Positions 55,640-64,000 of a stretch of 64,000 nucleotides of DNA are shown piece by piece; within the stretch, counting starts at the first letter, position 1; the number at the start of each line of letters is the position of its first letter. Made by a program: the position numbers and the translations under genes. A model generated the notes under the pieces. That model ran no database searches. It was given only the letters and a program-made list of their open reading frames with translations, and had not been told where the DNA came from. Source of the stretch: Clostridia bacterium (GTDB lineage: Bacteria > Bacillota > Clostridia > Oscillospirales > CAG-272); the NCBI GenBank assembly GCA_024405755.1, contig JAKSOD010000001.1:85039-149038 (forward strand), given 5' to 3'.

Positions 55640-56443
55640 TTATTTTTTTAGTTTCAGCGTCTTTTCGTACGCAGAAACCACAGCGTCCATAACGGAAGCA
55701 CGGAATCCGTCGTTTTCAAGCGCGTGAACTCCCGCTATTGTAGTCCCACCGGGACTGCAAACTGAATCTTTCAAGACAGCGGGAGCAGATCCTGATTCAA
55801 GTATCATTTTTGCAGATCCCAACATCATCTGTGCGGCATATTCGTATGCGGATTTTCTCGGAAGTCCACATTCAACACCTGCGTCGGCAAGTGCTTCGGC
55901 GAAAATGTAGGCAAAAGCCGGACCGCATCCCGAAACAGCAGACCCCGCGTCAATCAGTTTTTCGGCGATCATATCAATTCTGCCTGCGGCTGACATCATG
56001 GACCTGAATTCGTCGAGTGTTTCTTCGGAAACATTATCGGAAGCAGTGCAGAGAATCATTCCTTCGCCGACGGCACAGGGAGTGTTTGGCATAATGCGAA
56101 TTATGGGGCAGTCAAACCCGAGATAAGATCGGAAATAAGCAATATCAAGTCCGGCAGCCATTGTAACGAGAATAAAGTCGTTTCTCGATATTAGTTCCGG
56201 TTTAATTGAATCAAGGGCATTGCCCATGACTTGCGGTTTTACTCCGAGAAAGATATATTTGCAAAGAGATGAGATTCCGGATATGTCGGCGCAATAAACT
56301 CCGAACTCCTGCCTTATTGCTTCCGTAAGAGCCGGATAATTATCACATACGGCAATTTTTTCACCTCCGAGTGCCTTCGCTGCGCAGCGTGCAAGAGCTC
56401 CGCCCATATTCCCGCATCCGATAAAACCTGCAGTAAATTTCAT
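55640..56443 (-). CDS. proC: Pyrroline-5-carboxylate reductase
   Basis: MKFTAGFIGCGNMGGAL (Rossmann motif) with AGGAGGG upstream, and C-terminal SPGGTTIAG. Confidence 0.9.
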   Translation of the reverse strand: MKFTAGFIGCGNMGGALARCAAKALGGEKIAVCDNYPALTEAIRQEFGVYCADISGISSLCKYIFLGVKPQVMGNALDSIKPELISRNDFILVTMAAGLDIAYFRSYLGFDCPIIRIMPNTPCAVGEGMILCTASDNVSEETLDEFRSMMSAAGRIDMIAEKLIDAGSAVSGCGPAFAYIFAEALADAGVECGLPRKSAYEYAAQMMLGSAKMILESGSAPAVLKDSVCSPGGTTIAGVHALENDGFRASVMDAVVSAYEKTLKLKK

Positions 56444-56463
56444 TTTTCCCTCCTGATTAACAA

Positions 56464-57720
56464 TCATCTGACTTGACCGTTTCCGTATATTTTGTATTTG
56501 TATGAAGTAAGTTCCCGAAGTCCCATAGGTCCCCGTGCGTGGAGTTTCTGCGTTGATATACCGACTTCGCAGCCTAATCCGAATTCACCGCCGTCGGTAA
56601 AACGTGTTGAAGCATTGACGTAGACAGAAGAACTGTCAACGGAGTTCAGAAACATCTCGGCGGTCTCGCAATTTGAAGTAATAATTGCTTCGCTGTGGTG
56701 AGTTGAATGAAGCGCAATGTGGTGTACAGCGTCTTCTGCCGAGTCAACAATTCCGACGGCAAGAATCAGGTCGAGAAATTCAGTATCAAAATCTCCGTCA
56801 CCGGCAGGAGTCCCGCTGATAATATCAGATGCACGTTTATCAAGCCGAAGTTCGACAGGGATTTTACCCGAATCAATGCGTTTTTTACATAGACGATCAC
56901 GAAGCAGAGGAAGGAATCTATCTGCCACATCACGGTGGACAAGGCAAACTTCTTCGGCGTTGCATACCGAAGTGCGGGATGTCTTGGCATTTTCAATAAT
57001 ATCAAGTGCCATATCAAGATCAGCATCTTTGTCAACGTAAATATGACATATTCCGGTTCCGGTCTGAATGCAGGGAACCCGGGAGTTTTCAATGCATGAT
57101 CGTATAAGTCCTGCTCCACCGCGGGGAATGAGAACATCAACAAGACCAACGGCTGTCATAAGTTCAGCAGCGGCGGAACGTGAATTGTCTTCAAGAATAT
57201 TTACTGCGTTTTCAAGTCCGAAAGGAATCAGTGCCGAACGAAGTACATTTACAATTGCAGTTGAGGTTGCAAATGCTTCCTTACCGGATTTCAGAACGCA
57301 GCAGTTCCCGCTTTTGAAGCAAAGAGCCGCAGTATCGGAGGTTACATTCGGACGGCTCTCGTAAATCACCCCGACAACGCCAAGTGGAACGCTGACTTTA
57401 CGGATCAAGAGTCCGTTGGGCCTTTTCTCTTCATTCAGGGTGATACCTACGGGATCAGGCAGATTTACAACATCACGGATACCTGCTGACATTCCGGCAA
57501 TACGCTTTCGGTCAAGTGTAAGTCGTTCGAGCATTGAATCTGATAATTTATCTTTTGCTGCTGCAACGTCAGCTTCGTTATATTTCAGAATATCATCAGC
57601 CGCAAGATCGATCGCATCTGCCATAGCAAGTAAAGCGGCATTTTTAACGTCAGAGGACAAACAAGCCATATTTACCGTTGCATTTTTGGCTCTGTTAATT
57701 ATTTCAATAGTTGAACTCAT
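56464..57720 (-). CDS. proA: Glutamate-5-semialdehyde dehydrogenase
   Basis: IYESRPNVT, the catalytic Cys context CNAEEVCLVH, and 418 aa. Confidence 0.9.
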   Translation of the reverse strand: MSSTIEIINRAKNATVNMACLSSDVKNAALLAMADAIDLAADDILKYNEADVAAAKDKLSDSMLERLTLDRKRIAGMSAGIRDVVNLPDPVGITLNEEKRPNGLLIRKVSVPLGVVGVIYESRPNVTSDTAALCFKSGNCCVLKSGKEAFATSTAIVNVLRSALIPFGLENAVNILEDNSRSAAAELMTAVGLVDVLIPRGGAGLIRSCIENSRVPCIQTGTGICHIYVDKDADLDMALDIIENAKTSRTSVCNAEEVCLVHRDVADRFLPLLRDRLCKKRIDSGKIPVELRLDKRASDIISGTPAGDGDFDTEFLDLILAVGIVDSAEDAVHHIALHSTHHSEAIITSNCETAEMFLNSVDSSSVYVNASTRFTDGGEFGLGCEVGISTQKLHARGPMGLRELTSYKYKIYGNGQVR

Positions 57721-57725
57721 GGTAT

Positions 57726-58508
57726 TTACCTCTTATCGGCACTGCAAAATCTTGTACATAATACTTTATCTAGTCTGCCTTCCGATATATCGTACAGATT
57801 TTCGGGAAAGGCTCCGTTTGCAATGATCATTTCACAACCGTGCTCAAGGCAGAGACGCGCGGCGGATAATTTGGTCTTCATTCCGCCCGTTCCGAGACCG
57901 GTTGATGAATCCAGGGCGAGGGATGTGATTTCAGGTGTTATATCGTTGACTTCACGGATCAGAGATGCTTCAGGATCTTTTCTGGGATCCGCAGTATAAA
58001 GACCGTTAATGTCGGAAAGCAGTATCAGTAAATCGGCACCGATATTCACCGAAACCAGAGCGGACAATGTGTCATTATCCCCGACTTTTATTTCATCTGT
58101 CGCAACGGTATCGTTTTCGTTGATAATCGGCAGGGCATTGAGTTCAAGCAGCCTTCTGATAGTGTGGACAAAATTCTCACGTCTGTCTTCATGAGAGAAG
58201 TCTGTGCCCGTAAGCAGGATCTGGGCTACCGTATGATGATACTCGCCGAAAAGTTTGTCGTAAATATACATCAGTTCACACTGACCTACTGCGGCGGCAG
58301 CCTGCTTTGTCGCAATATCAGTCGGTCTTTCGTTAAGTGATAATTTTCCCGCACCCATACCGATAGCACCGCTTGTTACGAGAATCACCTCGTTGCCGCT
58401 GTTTTTAATATCGCTGATGATGCGGCATAATTCCTCGGTACGTCTGATGTTCAGTCTTCCGGTTTTATGTGCAAGAGTCGAAGTTCCGACTTTAATTACA
58501 ATTCTCAT
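57726..58508 (-). CDS. proB: Glutamate 5-kinase (short form, no PUA domain)
   Basis: Start moved to MRIVIKVGTSTLAHKTGRLN. VTSGAIGMG and NENDTVATDEI motifs are present. Confidence 0.9.
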   Translation of the reverse strand: MRIVIKVGTSTLAHKTGRLNIRRTEELCRIISDIKNSGNEVILVTSGAIGMGAGKLSLNERPTDIATKQAAAAVGQCELMYIYDKLFGEYHHTVAQILLTGTDFSHEDRRENFVHTIRRLLELNALPIINENDTVATDEIKVGDNDTLSALVSVNIGADLLILLSDINGLYTADPRKDPEASLIREVNDITPEITSLALDSSTGLGTGGMKTKLSAARLCLEHGCEMIIANGAFPENLYDISEGRLDKVLCTRFCSADKR

Positions 58509-58554
58509 TTTTGATACCTGTTTGAATTTTAAAAATCTTTTAACCTTTTGAATT

Positions 58555-58583
58555 ATTATACCACTATTATTGCTGAAAATCAA
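58555..58583 (-). promoter_or_regulatory. Sigma-A type promoter candidate for proBAC
   Basis: Minus strand: TTGATT, 17 nt, TATAAT. The leader is about 45 nt, too short for a T-box. Confidence 0.5.
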
Positions 58584-58666
58584 TATCTGATGATATAAAA
58601 ATATAAAAATATGCATTTTCTCGCGTCCGGATATTCATTACTTTCATAGGAGTATTATGGATGGTG

Positions 58667-58695
58667 TTGACATGGCAAAGTAAAAATAATATAAT
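58667..58695 (+). promoter_or_regulatory. Consensus sigma-A promoter for the LRR/transglutaminase-like lipoprotein gene
   Basis: TTGACA, 17 nt, TATAAT. Confidence 0.55.
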
Positions 58696-58716
58696 TAAGA
58701 AAAATAATATAATTAA
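58682..58716 (+). repeat. Tandem duplication (two identical 17-mers, period 18) covering the -10 box
   Basis: AAAAATAATATAATTAA at 58682-58698 and again at 58700-58716. Confidence 0.85.
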
Positions 58717-58733
58717 AAAAAAAGAGTAGTAAT

Positions 58734-60080
58734 ATGAAAAAAATCAGTTTTTTTCTTGCTGTTCTCATGGTTATATCATGTTTTATGATATCCTGCGGAG
58801 TAGCAGGCGTAGGATCTGATTCGAGTATTTCCGAAAATTCTCAGGATCAGCCTGAAGATTCTGTTGATTCTTCTGCGGCTTCCGATAGTATTGACATAAC
58901 TGCAGATTCTTCTGTTCCGGATTCTGAGTCAGAGAGTGATACTTCGAATGATGAGACATCCGCCGACGAACCGGATGAACCCGACGTTCCCGACGTGCCG
59001 GACGAACCCGACGACCCCGATGAACCCGAAGTTCCGGAAGAGCCGGAGCCGTCCTGCGTGCGCGATCCTCTTACCGAAGAAGACGTGATACTCGATATCG
59101 GTCTCGGAGAGTCGATACGCTTATACTGCGAGCTTCCCGACGACTTCGTTCTCACGAAAAGCTACCTTGCGTCCGTGACCTCGCTCGGAATTTCCGACGT
59201 CCGCCCCGAAACACTCGTCGGGCTTGAATATCTGACCTCCCTGCAGGATTTCGGATGCTTCGGCACGCATATTTCGGACATCAGCGTCATCAGCGGCATG
59301 ACCGAGCTAAAGTATTTTTATCTTGCCACGAGTCTCGTAAAGGAGATACCCGATCTTTCGCGTCTGACGCAGCTCGAAAGTCTGGATCTCAGCGGAAATC
59401 TGATCGAAGACCTCTCGCCGCTTCTGACCGCTCCCCATATCAGCTACGTCAGCATGAACGACAACCGCATATCGACCGTCCGCCCGATCGCCGACGCGCA
59501 GAACATAGATCATATCTGTCTTTCCGGCAATCCGATACTCGACATTTCCTGCCTTTCCGACAACGACAAGCTGGTCGAAGGAATGAAGGAATACTCTTAC
59601 GATTTCAAAAAAGCGGTCGAGACCGAGAAAAAAGCGCAAAAAATCGTTTCCGAGATCATCACGGAAGATATGACCGATCTCGAAAAGGAGTACGCGGTTT
59701 ACCGCTATATCATCGACAACATGGAATACGGCGTGATGAAGGGACTCGAGAAGCCGTTCGGATACGACGGACTCATCAAGGGAAAGGGAGTCTGTCTCGA
59801 ATACGCGAACTCGTTCTGTTTGCTTGCAAAAACGGCAGGTCTTGACGTCATCGTCGTTCTCAGCGATACGCACGCGTGGGATATGATAAAGCTCGACGGA
59901 AAATATTATCACGTTGACACGACGTGGGACGACGGGAACGAGATACCGTTCTTCTTCAACGTCGGCACGGACTATATCATGATACAGTCGGATCACGAAC
60001 ACGATCTTGCCCGTTATCCTGTGGCGGAGACCATGCCTCCGGAGGTCTACGAGTATCTTTTCGGGATCGATCTGTCGTGA
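58734..60080 (+). CDS. Lipoprotein with acidic Pro-rich linker, leucine-rich repeats and a C-terminal transglutaminase-like Cys-protease core
   Basis: Lipobox FMISC. Linker PDEPDVPDVPDEPDDPDEPEVPEEPEP. LRR units (LESLDLSGNLIEDLSPL, ISYVSMNDNRISTVRPI). KGKGVCLEYANSFCLLAKTAGL..HAWDMIKLDGKYYHVDTTWD supplies the Cys-His-Asp core. Confidence 0.75.
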   Translation: MKKISFFLAVLMVISCFMISCGVAGVGSDSSISENSQDQPEDSVDSSAASDSIDITADSSVPDSESESDTSNDETSADEPDEPDVPDVPDEPDDPDEPEVPEEPEPSCVRDPLTEEDVILDIGLGESIRLYCELPDDFVLTKSYLASVTSLGISDVRPETLVGLEYLTSLQDFGCFGTHISDISVISGMTELKYFYLATSLVKEIPDLSRLTQLESLDLSGNLIEDLSPLLTAPHISYVSMNDNRISTVRPIADAQNIDHICLSGNPILDISCLSDNDKLVEGMKEYSYDFKKAVETEKKAQKIVSEIITEDMTDLEKEYAVYRYIIDNMEYGVMKGLEKPFGYDGLIKGKGVCLEYANSFCLLAKTAGLDVIVVLSDTHAWDMIKLDGKYYHVDTTWDDGNEIPFFFNVGTDYIMIQSDHEHDLARYPVAETMPPEVYEYLFGIDLS

Positions 60081-60119
60081 TCCCGAAGCTCGTAAATTCC
60101 GATCCTTCAATTATAATAT

Positions 60120-60173
60120 CTCAGCCGCCGGAAGCAAACGTGCCTCCGGCGGCTGAACACCGCCGTTTTGCCC
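60120..60173 (-). repeat. Block Y second copy (minus-strand orientation), carrying a 24-nt insertion that creates an 11-bp hairpin
   Basis: The reverse complement reads GGGCAAAACGGCGGTGTTCAGCCGC[CGGAGGCACGTTTGCTTCCGGCGG]CTGAG, versus 38815-38843. Hairpin CAGCCGCCGGA / TCCGGCGGCTG at 60122-60155. Confidence 0.6.
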
Positions 60174-60179
60174 TAACAC

Positions 60180-60203
60180 ATTGACTTTTTTAACAGCCAC
60201 ATT
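60180..60203 (-). repeat. Block X second copy (minus-strand orientation); one arm only of an H1/H4-type hairpin
   Basis: ATTGACTTTTTTAACAGCCACATT is the reverse complement of AATGTGGCTGTTAAAAAAGTCAAT. The complementary arm is absent locally. Confidence 0.65.
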
Positions 60204-60207
60204 GGTA

Positions 60208-61203
60208 TTACTTATTATACTTTTTGAATTCTTCGTAAACTAACATTCCTCCTATATTGGGTGAAAGTTTTGCAGTATTATCATCTACTACAATCAGATT
60301 CTTGAATTTTATTCCTGAATGCTTGATCAGTATTTCAAATATGCTTCGCAGCGGATCCCCTCCTGAAACAACAAGCGTTGTGCTTTCATCACATACTTTT
60401 GCAATCGGACGGATATCATCGATCAGTATTGCACCTACGAAGAAGTTTGCTGCCTCATCCTCGTTCCAGTCTCCGTGTATCTGAACATTTCTGGCTTTGA
60501 TAAGAGTGGGGGAAACACCATGATCTGCGCAATAGTCAAATCCGAACCTGATCATTTCGGGAATGATGGTACGTATAACGGGGTCAGGCAGCGAATGTTT
60601 CAGAAGAGTATGTCCGGACATAGCTGCAATAAACTCTCCGCACATTCCGGTTATCATTGACTTGATTCTTCCGTTTTCGTCGATCTGTAAAATCTTGTTG
60701 TACGATCCCGGAAGAGTAATCGTAAAGGGTGGAGTAAGTCCGAGAAGTTTTATCAGACCGTATGTCTCACATTCCTCGCCGCTGAGCGAATCCCATTGCT
60801 CAACTTTCTCTGAAAGATCGGAGACCGTATTTTCCGGAAGAGTTTTTACACCGGGAATGAAGAAGATCGGAATCCCGCTGATTTCAGGCACTGTCACAAG
60901 TTCTGAATGCGAAGCACTTTCTTTTATACCTACGGGGGCGAGAACATGCGGTACACGGTATATACCGACATCAGAAGAAAGCGTTCCGGAGGAAATGATA
61001 ACCTCAATATCATTTTCTGTAAGTTCATTTCGTGTCAGAAGTTCGTCGATACAATCGTGAAGTGAGGATTTCAGCAGGTTGTTCGTACCGTCAAAGGCGG
61101 TATTTCGTACTCCTGCTTTTCGTCGTACTTCATCAATCAGCTCCTGACCGTTAAAAAGACGACAACGCATATTTGTTGATCCGCAGTCAATTGAAATAAT
61201 CAT
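60208..61203 (-). CDS. 2-keto-3-deoxygalactonate kinase (DgoK)-like ASKHA-fold protein
   Basis: IDCGSTNMRCRLF (compare DgoK IDWGSTNLRAWL), LSGEECETYG, LPGSYNKILQI and ITGMCGEF follow the DgoK block order. Confidence 0.6.
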   Translation of the reverse strand: MIISIDCGSTNMRCRLFNGQELIDEVRRKAGVRNTAFDGTNNLLKSSLHDCIDELLTRNELTENDIEVIISSGTLSSDVGIYRVPHVLAPVGIKESASHSELVTVPEISGIPIFFIPGVKTLPENTVSDLSEKVEQWDSLSGEECETYGLIKLLGLTPPFTITLPGSYNKILQIDENGRIKSMITGMCGEFIAAMSGHTLLKHSLPDPVIRTIIPEMIRFGFDYCADHGVSPTLIKARNVQIHGDWNEDEAANFFVGAILIDDIRPIAKVCDESTTLVVSGGDPLRSIFEILIKHSGIKFKNLIVVDDNTAKLSPNIGGMLVYEEFKKYNK

Positions 61204-61213
61204 TTTATTTTAC

Positions 61214-62236
61214 TTATTTTTTATTGTCTTTCAAAAAATTTTGTGTAATATCCTCGGCAAGCTGTGCTGTTCTTATCGGAACACCCTTATCATTAAGATG
61301 AAAGTTTGTGTCATAAAAATATTCCGGCGGCATAATGTAGTCGTTGATGTCGGAAATTACTCTGCAGGGAAGTTTTGACGCAAGAAATTCTTGGAAATAA
61401 GCAATTGTTTCTTTACTCCCGTCTTCAAGTGAATTTTTGTTCATAGGCGGATAAGAAAAGACTACTTTTGCACCTTTTTTTTCGCAAAAATTTACATATT
61501 CTTCGAGATAATCAATAAAATCTTCGCCGAGAATTTCTTCTTTAAGTCTTATCGGGTTATTTCTGTCGTAGCCGCGTTTTCCCATTGTATTGGTGGGACG
61601 GGGATAAATAATGTCGCCATATTCGTTAAAGGCATCGCGCGTATACGCAGGTTTTCCCGAACTCGGTTTAGTTCCGATTTCGGCATAATGCCACTTGTCC
61701 TCGACGTAGTCAATAAAACTGCCGGCAAGATCGGAGTAATTGTCCTTTCCGATATATCTCAGCAGTCCGGCATCCGCGTCGATCGCACGCCATGTTTCGT
61801 CTGCATTGAAAAACAGTGACAAAGTGTCGATTTCGATTTCCGGAGAAAGAACAACAATATCGCCTTCGTTAATATTGGAACGTGAAAGATCAAGCATGAT
61901 CTTTGTTCCGAGTGCTGCGTAAAGTCCGAAATTGACTACGGGATAACCGGTAGCATCAGAGAGTGCTTTGCTGTCAAGACCGAACGCAACACTGCTGCCG
62001 CCGATTACTATGATTTTCGGTTCATCAATGGAATTAAGAAGGGAAAATTTGTCGCTGAGTGCAGCATCAAAAGTTTCATCAAAACATTTCGGCAGTGCAA
62101 ATGTCAATGTTACGACAAGAATAACGGGGATAAGCGCTGCAATAAAAACGGCAGTGGCTCTCAGCACAAGTTTCTTTGGGGATATTCTTTTATCTGCCGT
62201 TTCGACGGGAGTTTGGATTAGTGTATTGTTATTCAT
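61214..62236 (-). CDS. Membrane-anchored SGNH/AlgX-AlgJ/DltD-like partner of the MBOAT acyltransferase
   Basis: N-terminal TM anchor, IVIGGSSVAFG, and YDTNFHLNDKG (DxxH-type motif). It sits immediately downstream of the MBOAT gene. Confidence 0.55.
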   Translation of the reverse strand: MNNNTLIQTPVETADKRISPKKLVLRATAVFIAALIPVILVVTLTFALPKCFDETFDAALSDKFSLLNSIDEPKIIVIGGSSVAFGLDSKALSDATGYPVVNFGLYAALGTKIMLDLSRSNINEGDIVVLSPEIEIDTLSLFFNADETWRAIDADAGLLRYIGKDNYSDLAGSFIDYVEDKWHYAEIGTKPSSGKPAYTRDAFNEYGDIIYPRPTNTMGKRGYDRNNPIRLKEEILGEDFIDYLEEYVNFCEKKGAKVVFSYPPMNKNSLEDGSKETIAYFQEFLASKLPCRVISDINDYIMPPEYFYDTNFHLNDKGVPIRTAQLAEDITQNFLKDNKK

Positions 62237-62251
62237 TATATTGACCTCCCG

Positions 62252-63730
62252 TCAGAATTGAAAATAGATAAAGGAACTTGCACCGTCTCCGGCAAGAAGA
62301 AGTACCCATGCAAGTGCTACTGCCCATACCACATATCCGAAGCGGATATTCACTGGTGCCGTGTTATTTCTCAGTTCAAGTTTCCGGCGATCGATAACGG
62401 AAAGAAGTGCAAGACTCAGAATGCAAGTCAGAATTCCGGTCAGATCAAGTCCCATAGCATTAATTGAATCAGTAAGGAATCCGATGCTGAACGTCCAAGA
62501 AGTAAAGAGTTTCCGGATTATTATCCATACATCCGATGTACTGTTTGCACGGAAGAATATCCATGCAAAGCAGACAAGAATAAACGTATTGAATCTGCGG
62601 AGTGCAGAAACGAATTTCCCATCAGGAGAAACACCGATTTTTTCCCATATTCTGTTACGCGGCTTATAAGTAAACTTTCCAATAACCTGATATAATCCGT
62701 GCAAAGCACCCCAGATAACGTATGTCCAAGCCGCACCGTGCCAAAGACCGCTGACAAGAAAGACGATCATTATATTGAGACAGTTACGGAATTTTGAGCA
62801 TCTGTTTCCGCCGAGAGGAATATAGAGATAATCTTTAAACCAGGCAGAAAGGGAAATATGCCATCTTGCCCAGAATTCCTTTATTGTTTTGGCATAATAA
62901 GGACGGTCAAAGTTCTGCATCAGTCTGATGCCCATGACCTCGGCACAGCCTATCGCGATATCTGTGTAACCTGCAAAATCACAATAGATCTGGAAGGCAA
63001 ACAGCACAGTCGCAATCAAAAACATAAGACCGTTGGCGTTTTCGACATCATTGTAGACTTTTACGACGTATGACGCAAAAAGATCGGCAACAACTACTTT
63101 CTTAAAGAATCCTATCAGTATTTTATGGAGTCCTCCGCGGGCGTTTTCCCAAGTCAGTTTGTGCGGAGTTTTCAGCTGAGGAAGCAGATTTTCCGGTCTT
63201 TCAATAGGTCCCGCAACAAGCTGCGGAAAGAAAGAGACATACAGTGCGTAATAACCTAAATTCTTTTCAACCGTGGTGGTTCCACGATACACATCAATTA
63301 CATACGAAAGTGTCTGAAACGTGTAGAAGGATATACCTACCGGAAGTATCAGATCAAGCGAATAGTCCCTTGTGTCAGCACCGAAAAATCTCATAGCGGA
63401 AGTCACTGACGCTGAAAGAAAATTAAAATACTTGTAGAAGAAGAGAATTCCGAAACAAACGAGAAGAGTGACCGTAAGGCAGATCTTCTTAGTTGATTTG
63501 CTCTCTGTCCGGCTGATAATGATTCCGCTGACGTACGATACAATTGTCGTAAAGACGATAAGCATCAGCAGTTTAACTGTATCAAGAAAGGTGTGGTCGC
63601 CCTTCCAACTCAGGTAAAAGAAGTAACTTGCACCCAAAAGCATTATCCATTTTGCTTTTTTCGGCAGAGAAAAATACAAAAGGAGAACTATGGGATAAAA
63701 GATAAGAAATTCAACAGAATTGAAAACCAT
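62252..63730 (-). CDS. MBOAT-family O-acyltransferase (AlgI/DltB-like)
   Basis: FFPQLVAGPIERP, FWARWHISLSAWFKDYLYIPLGGNR and the catalytic-His region SGLWHGAAW. Confidence 0.85.
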   Translation of the reverse strand: MVFNSVEFLIFYPIVLLLYFSLPKKAKWIMLLGASYFFYLSWKGDHTFLDTVKLLMLIVFTTIVSYVSGIIISRTESKSTKKICLTVTLLVCFGILFFYKYFNFLSASVTSAMRFFGADTRDYSLDLILPVGISFYTFQTLSYVIDVYRGTTTVEKNLGYYALYVSFFPQLVAGPIERPENLLPQLKTPHKLTWENARGGLHKILIGFFKKVVVADLFASYVVKVYNDVENANGLMFLIATVLFAFQIYCDFAGYTDIAIGCAEVMGIRLMQNFDRPYYAKTIKEFWARWHISLSAWFKDYLYIPLGGNRCSKFRNCLNIMIVFLVSGLWHGAAWTYVIWGALHGLYQVIGKFTYKPRNRIWEKIGVSPDGKFVSALRRFNTFILVCFAWIFFRANSTSDVWIIIRKLFTSWTFSIGFLTDSINAMGLDLTGILTCILSLALLSVIDRRKLELRNNTAPVNIRFGYVVWAVALAWVLLLAGDGASSFIYFQF

Positions 63731-63742
63731 TGTTCTGCCTCC

Positions 63743-63982
63743 TTATATCAATAATCCCGCGAGAAGTGCCGCGAGTATGAGAAGAAGAATGATCTCCGTC
63801 GGAGCACCAATAATCAGGCAATATAAGAACAATGCTGTATGCACACAAAGATTACCAATGGAAATAAATGTCTTTCCTTTGGTAATTTTTAATTCAAGAA
63901 TGTAAAGTGATGTTATTGCGGCAAGAAAAAACATAAAAATAAGCCAGTGTTCTGTAATTACTCGAAAGGAGTCAAGAAACAT
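63743..63982 (-). CDS. Small two-TM membrane protein preceding the MBOAT gene
   Basis: AAGGAG lies 7 nt upstream. 79 aa and hydrophobic. The stop is 12 nt before the MBOAT start. Confidence 0.5.
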   Translation of the reverse strand: MFLDSFRVITEHWLIFMFFLAAITSLYILELKITKGKTFISIGNLCVHTALFLYCLIIGAPTEIILLLILAALLAGLLI

Positions 63983-64000
63983 TTCAGTTCTCCTTGTTAA

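Noticed and set aside
58682-58716. The tandem 17-mers were considered as a possible mini CRISPR array.
   Set aside because: There are only two units with a 1-nt spacer, the sequence is AT-only, and there are no cas genes. It is a simple tandem duplication.
59255-60110. A 196-aa plus-strand ORF and a 267-aa minus-strand ORF overlap the LRR/transglutaminase-like gene.
   Set aside because: They are Arg-rich products of alternative frames opened by the GC3-rich composition. The annotated frame has a lipobox, LRRs and a Cys-His-Asp core. These ORFs are used only as evidence of the compositional shift.

Overview
This 64-kb window comes from a moderate-GC, spore-forming Firmicute, probably Clostridia-like. 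It carries spoIVA and two Bacillus/Clostridium-type conserved clusters: nusB-xseA-xseB-ispA-tlyA-nadK-argR-recN and ylxM-ffh-rpsP-KH. I call about 61 protein genes. I recognise no rRNA, tRNA, CRISPR array, transposase or integrase. Most of the window is housekeeping: uvrC, rsmD, coaD, spoIVA, xpt, argS, yebC, metF-metH, copA-copZ, dxs, ldh, glpK, tldD-pmbA, polA and proBAC.

Five things stand out.
1. A 6.4-kb block of uncharacterised genes lies between dxs and ldh. It holds a membrane-tethered LuxR-type regulator with a large extracellular beta-helix domain and a tight six-gene envelope operon. The block is bracketed by the two exactly complementary arms of what reads as one bidirectional terminator.
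2. A family of about 170-180-nt structured intergenic elements occurs three times. The core and its spacing are conserved, but the closing stems are unrelated and still complementary.
3. A second set of short repeat blocks and A6/T6-cored hairpins recurs at the 3' flanks of accessory genes.
4. A compositionally mosaic gene encodes an LRR / transglutaminase-like lipoprotein.
5. A small-membrane-protein / MBOAT / SGNH-like / DgoK-like cluster sits at the right end of the window.

All calls rest on motif recognition and hand inspection. No database search, folding program or statistics could be run.
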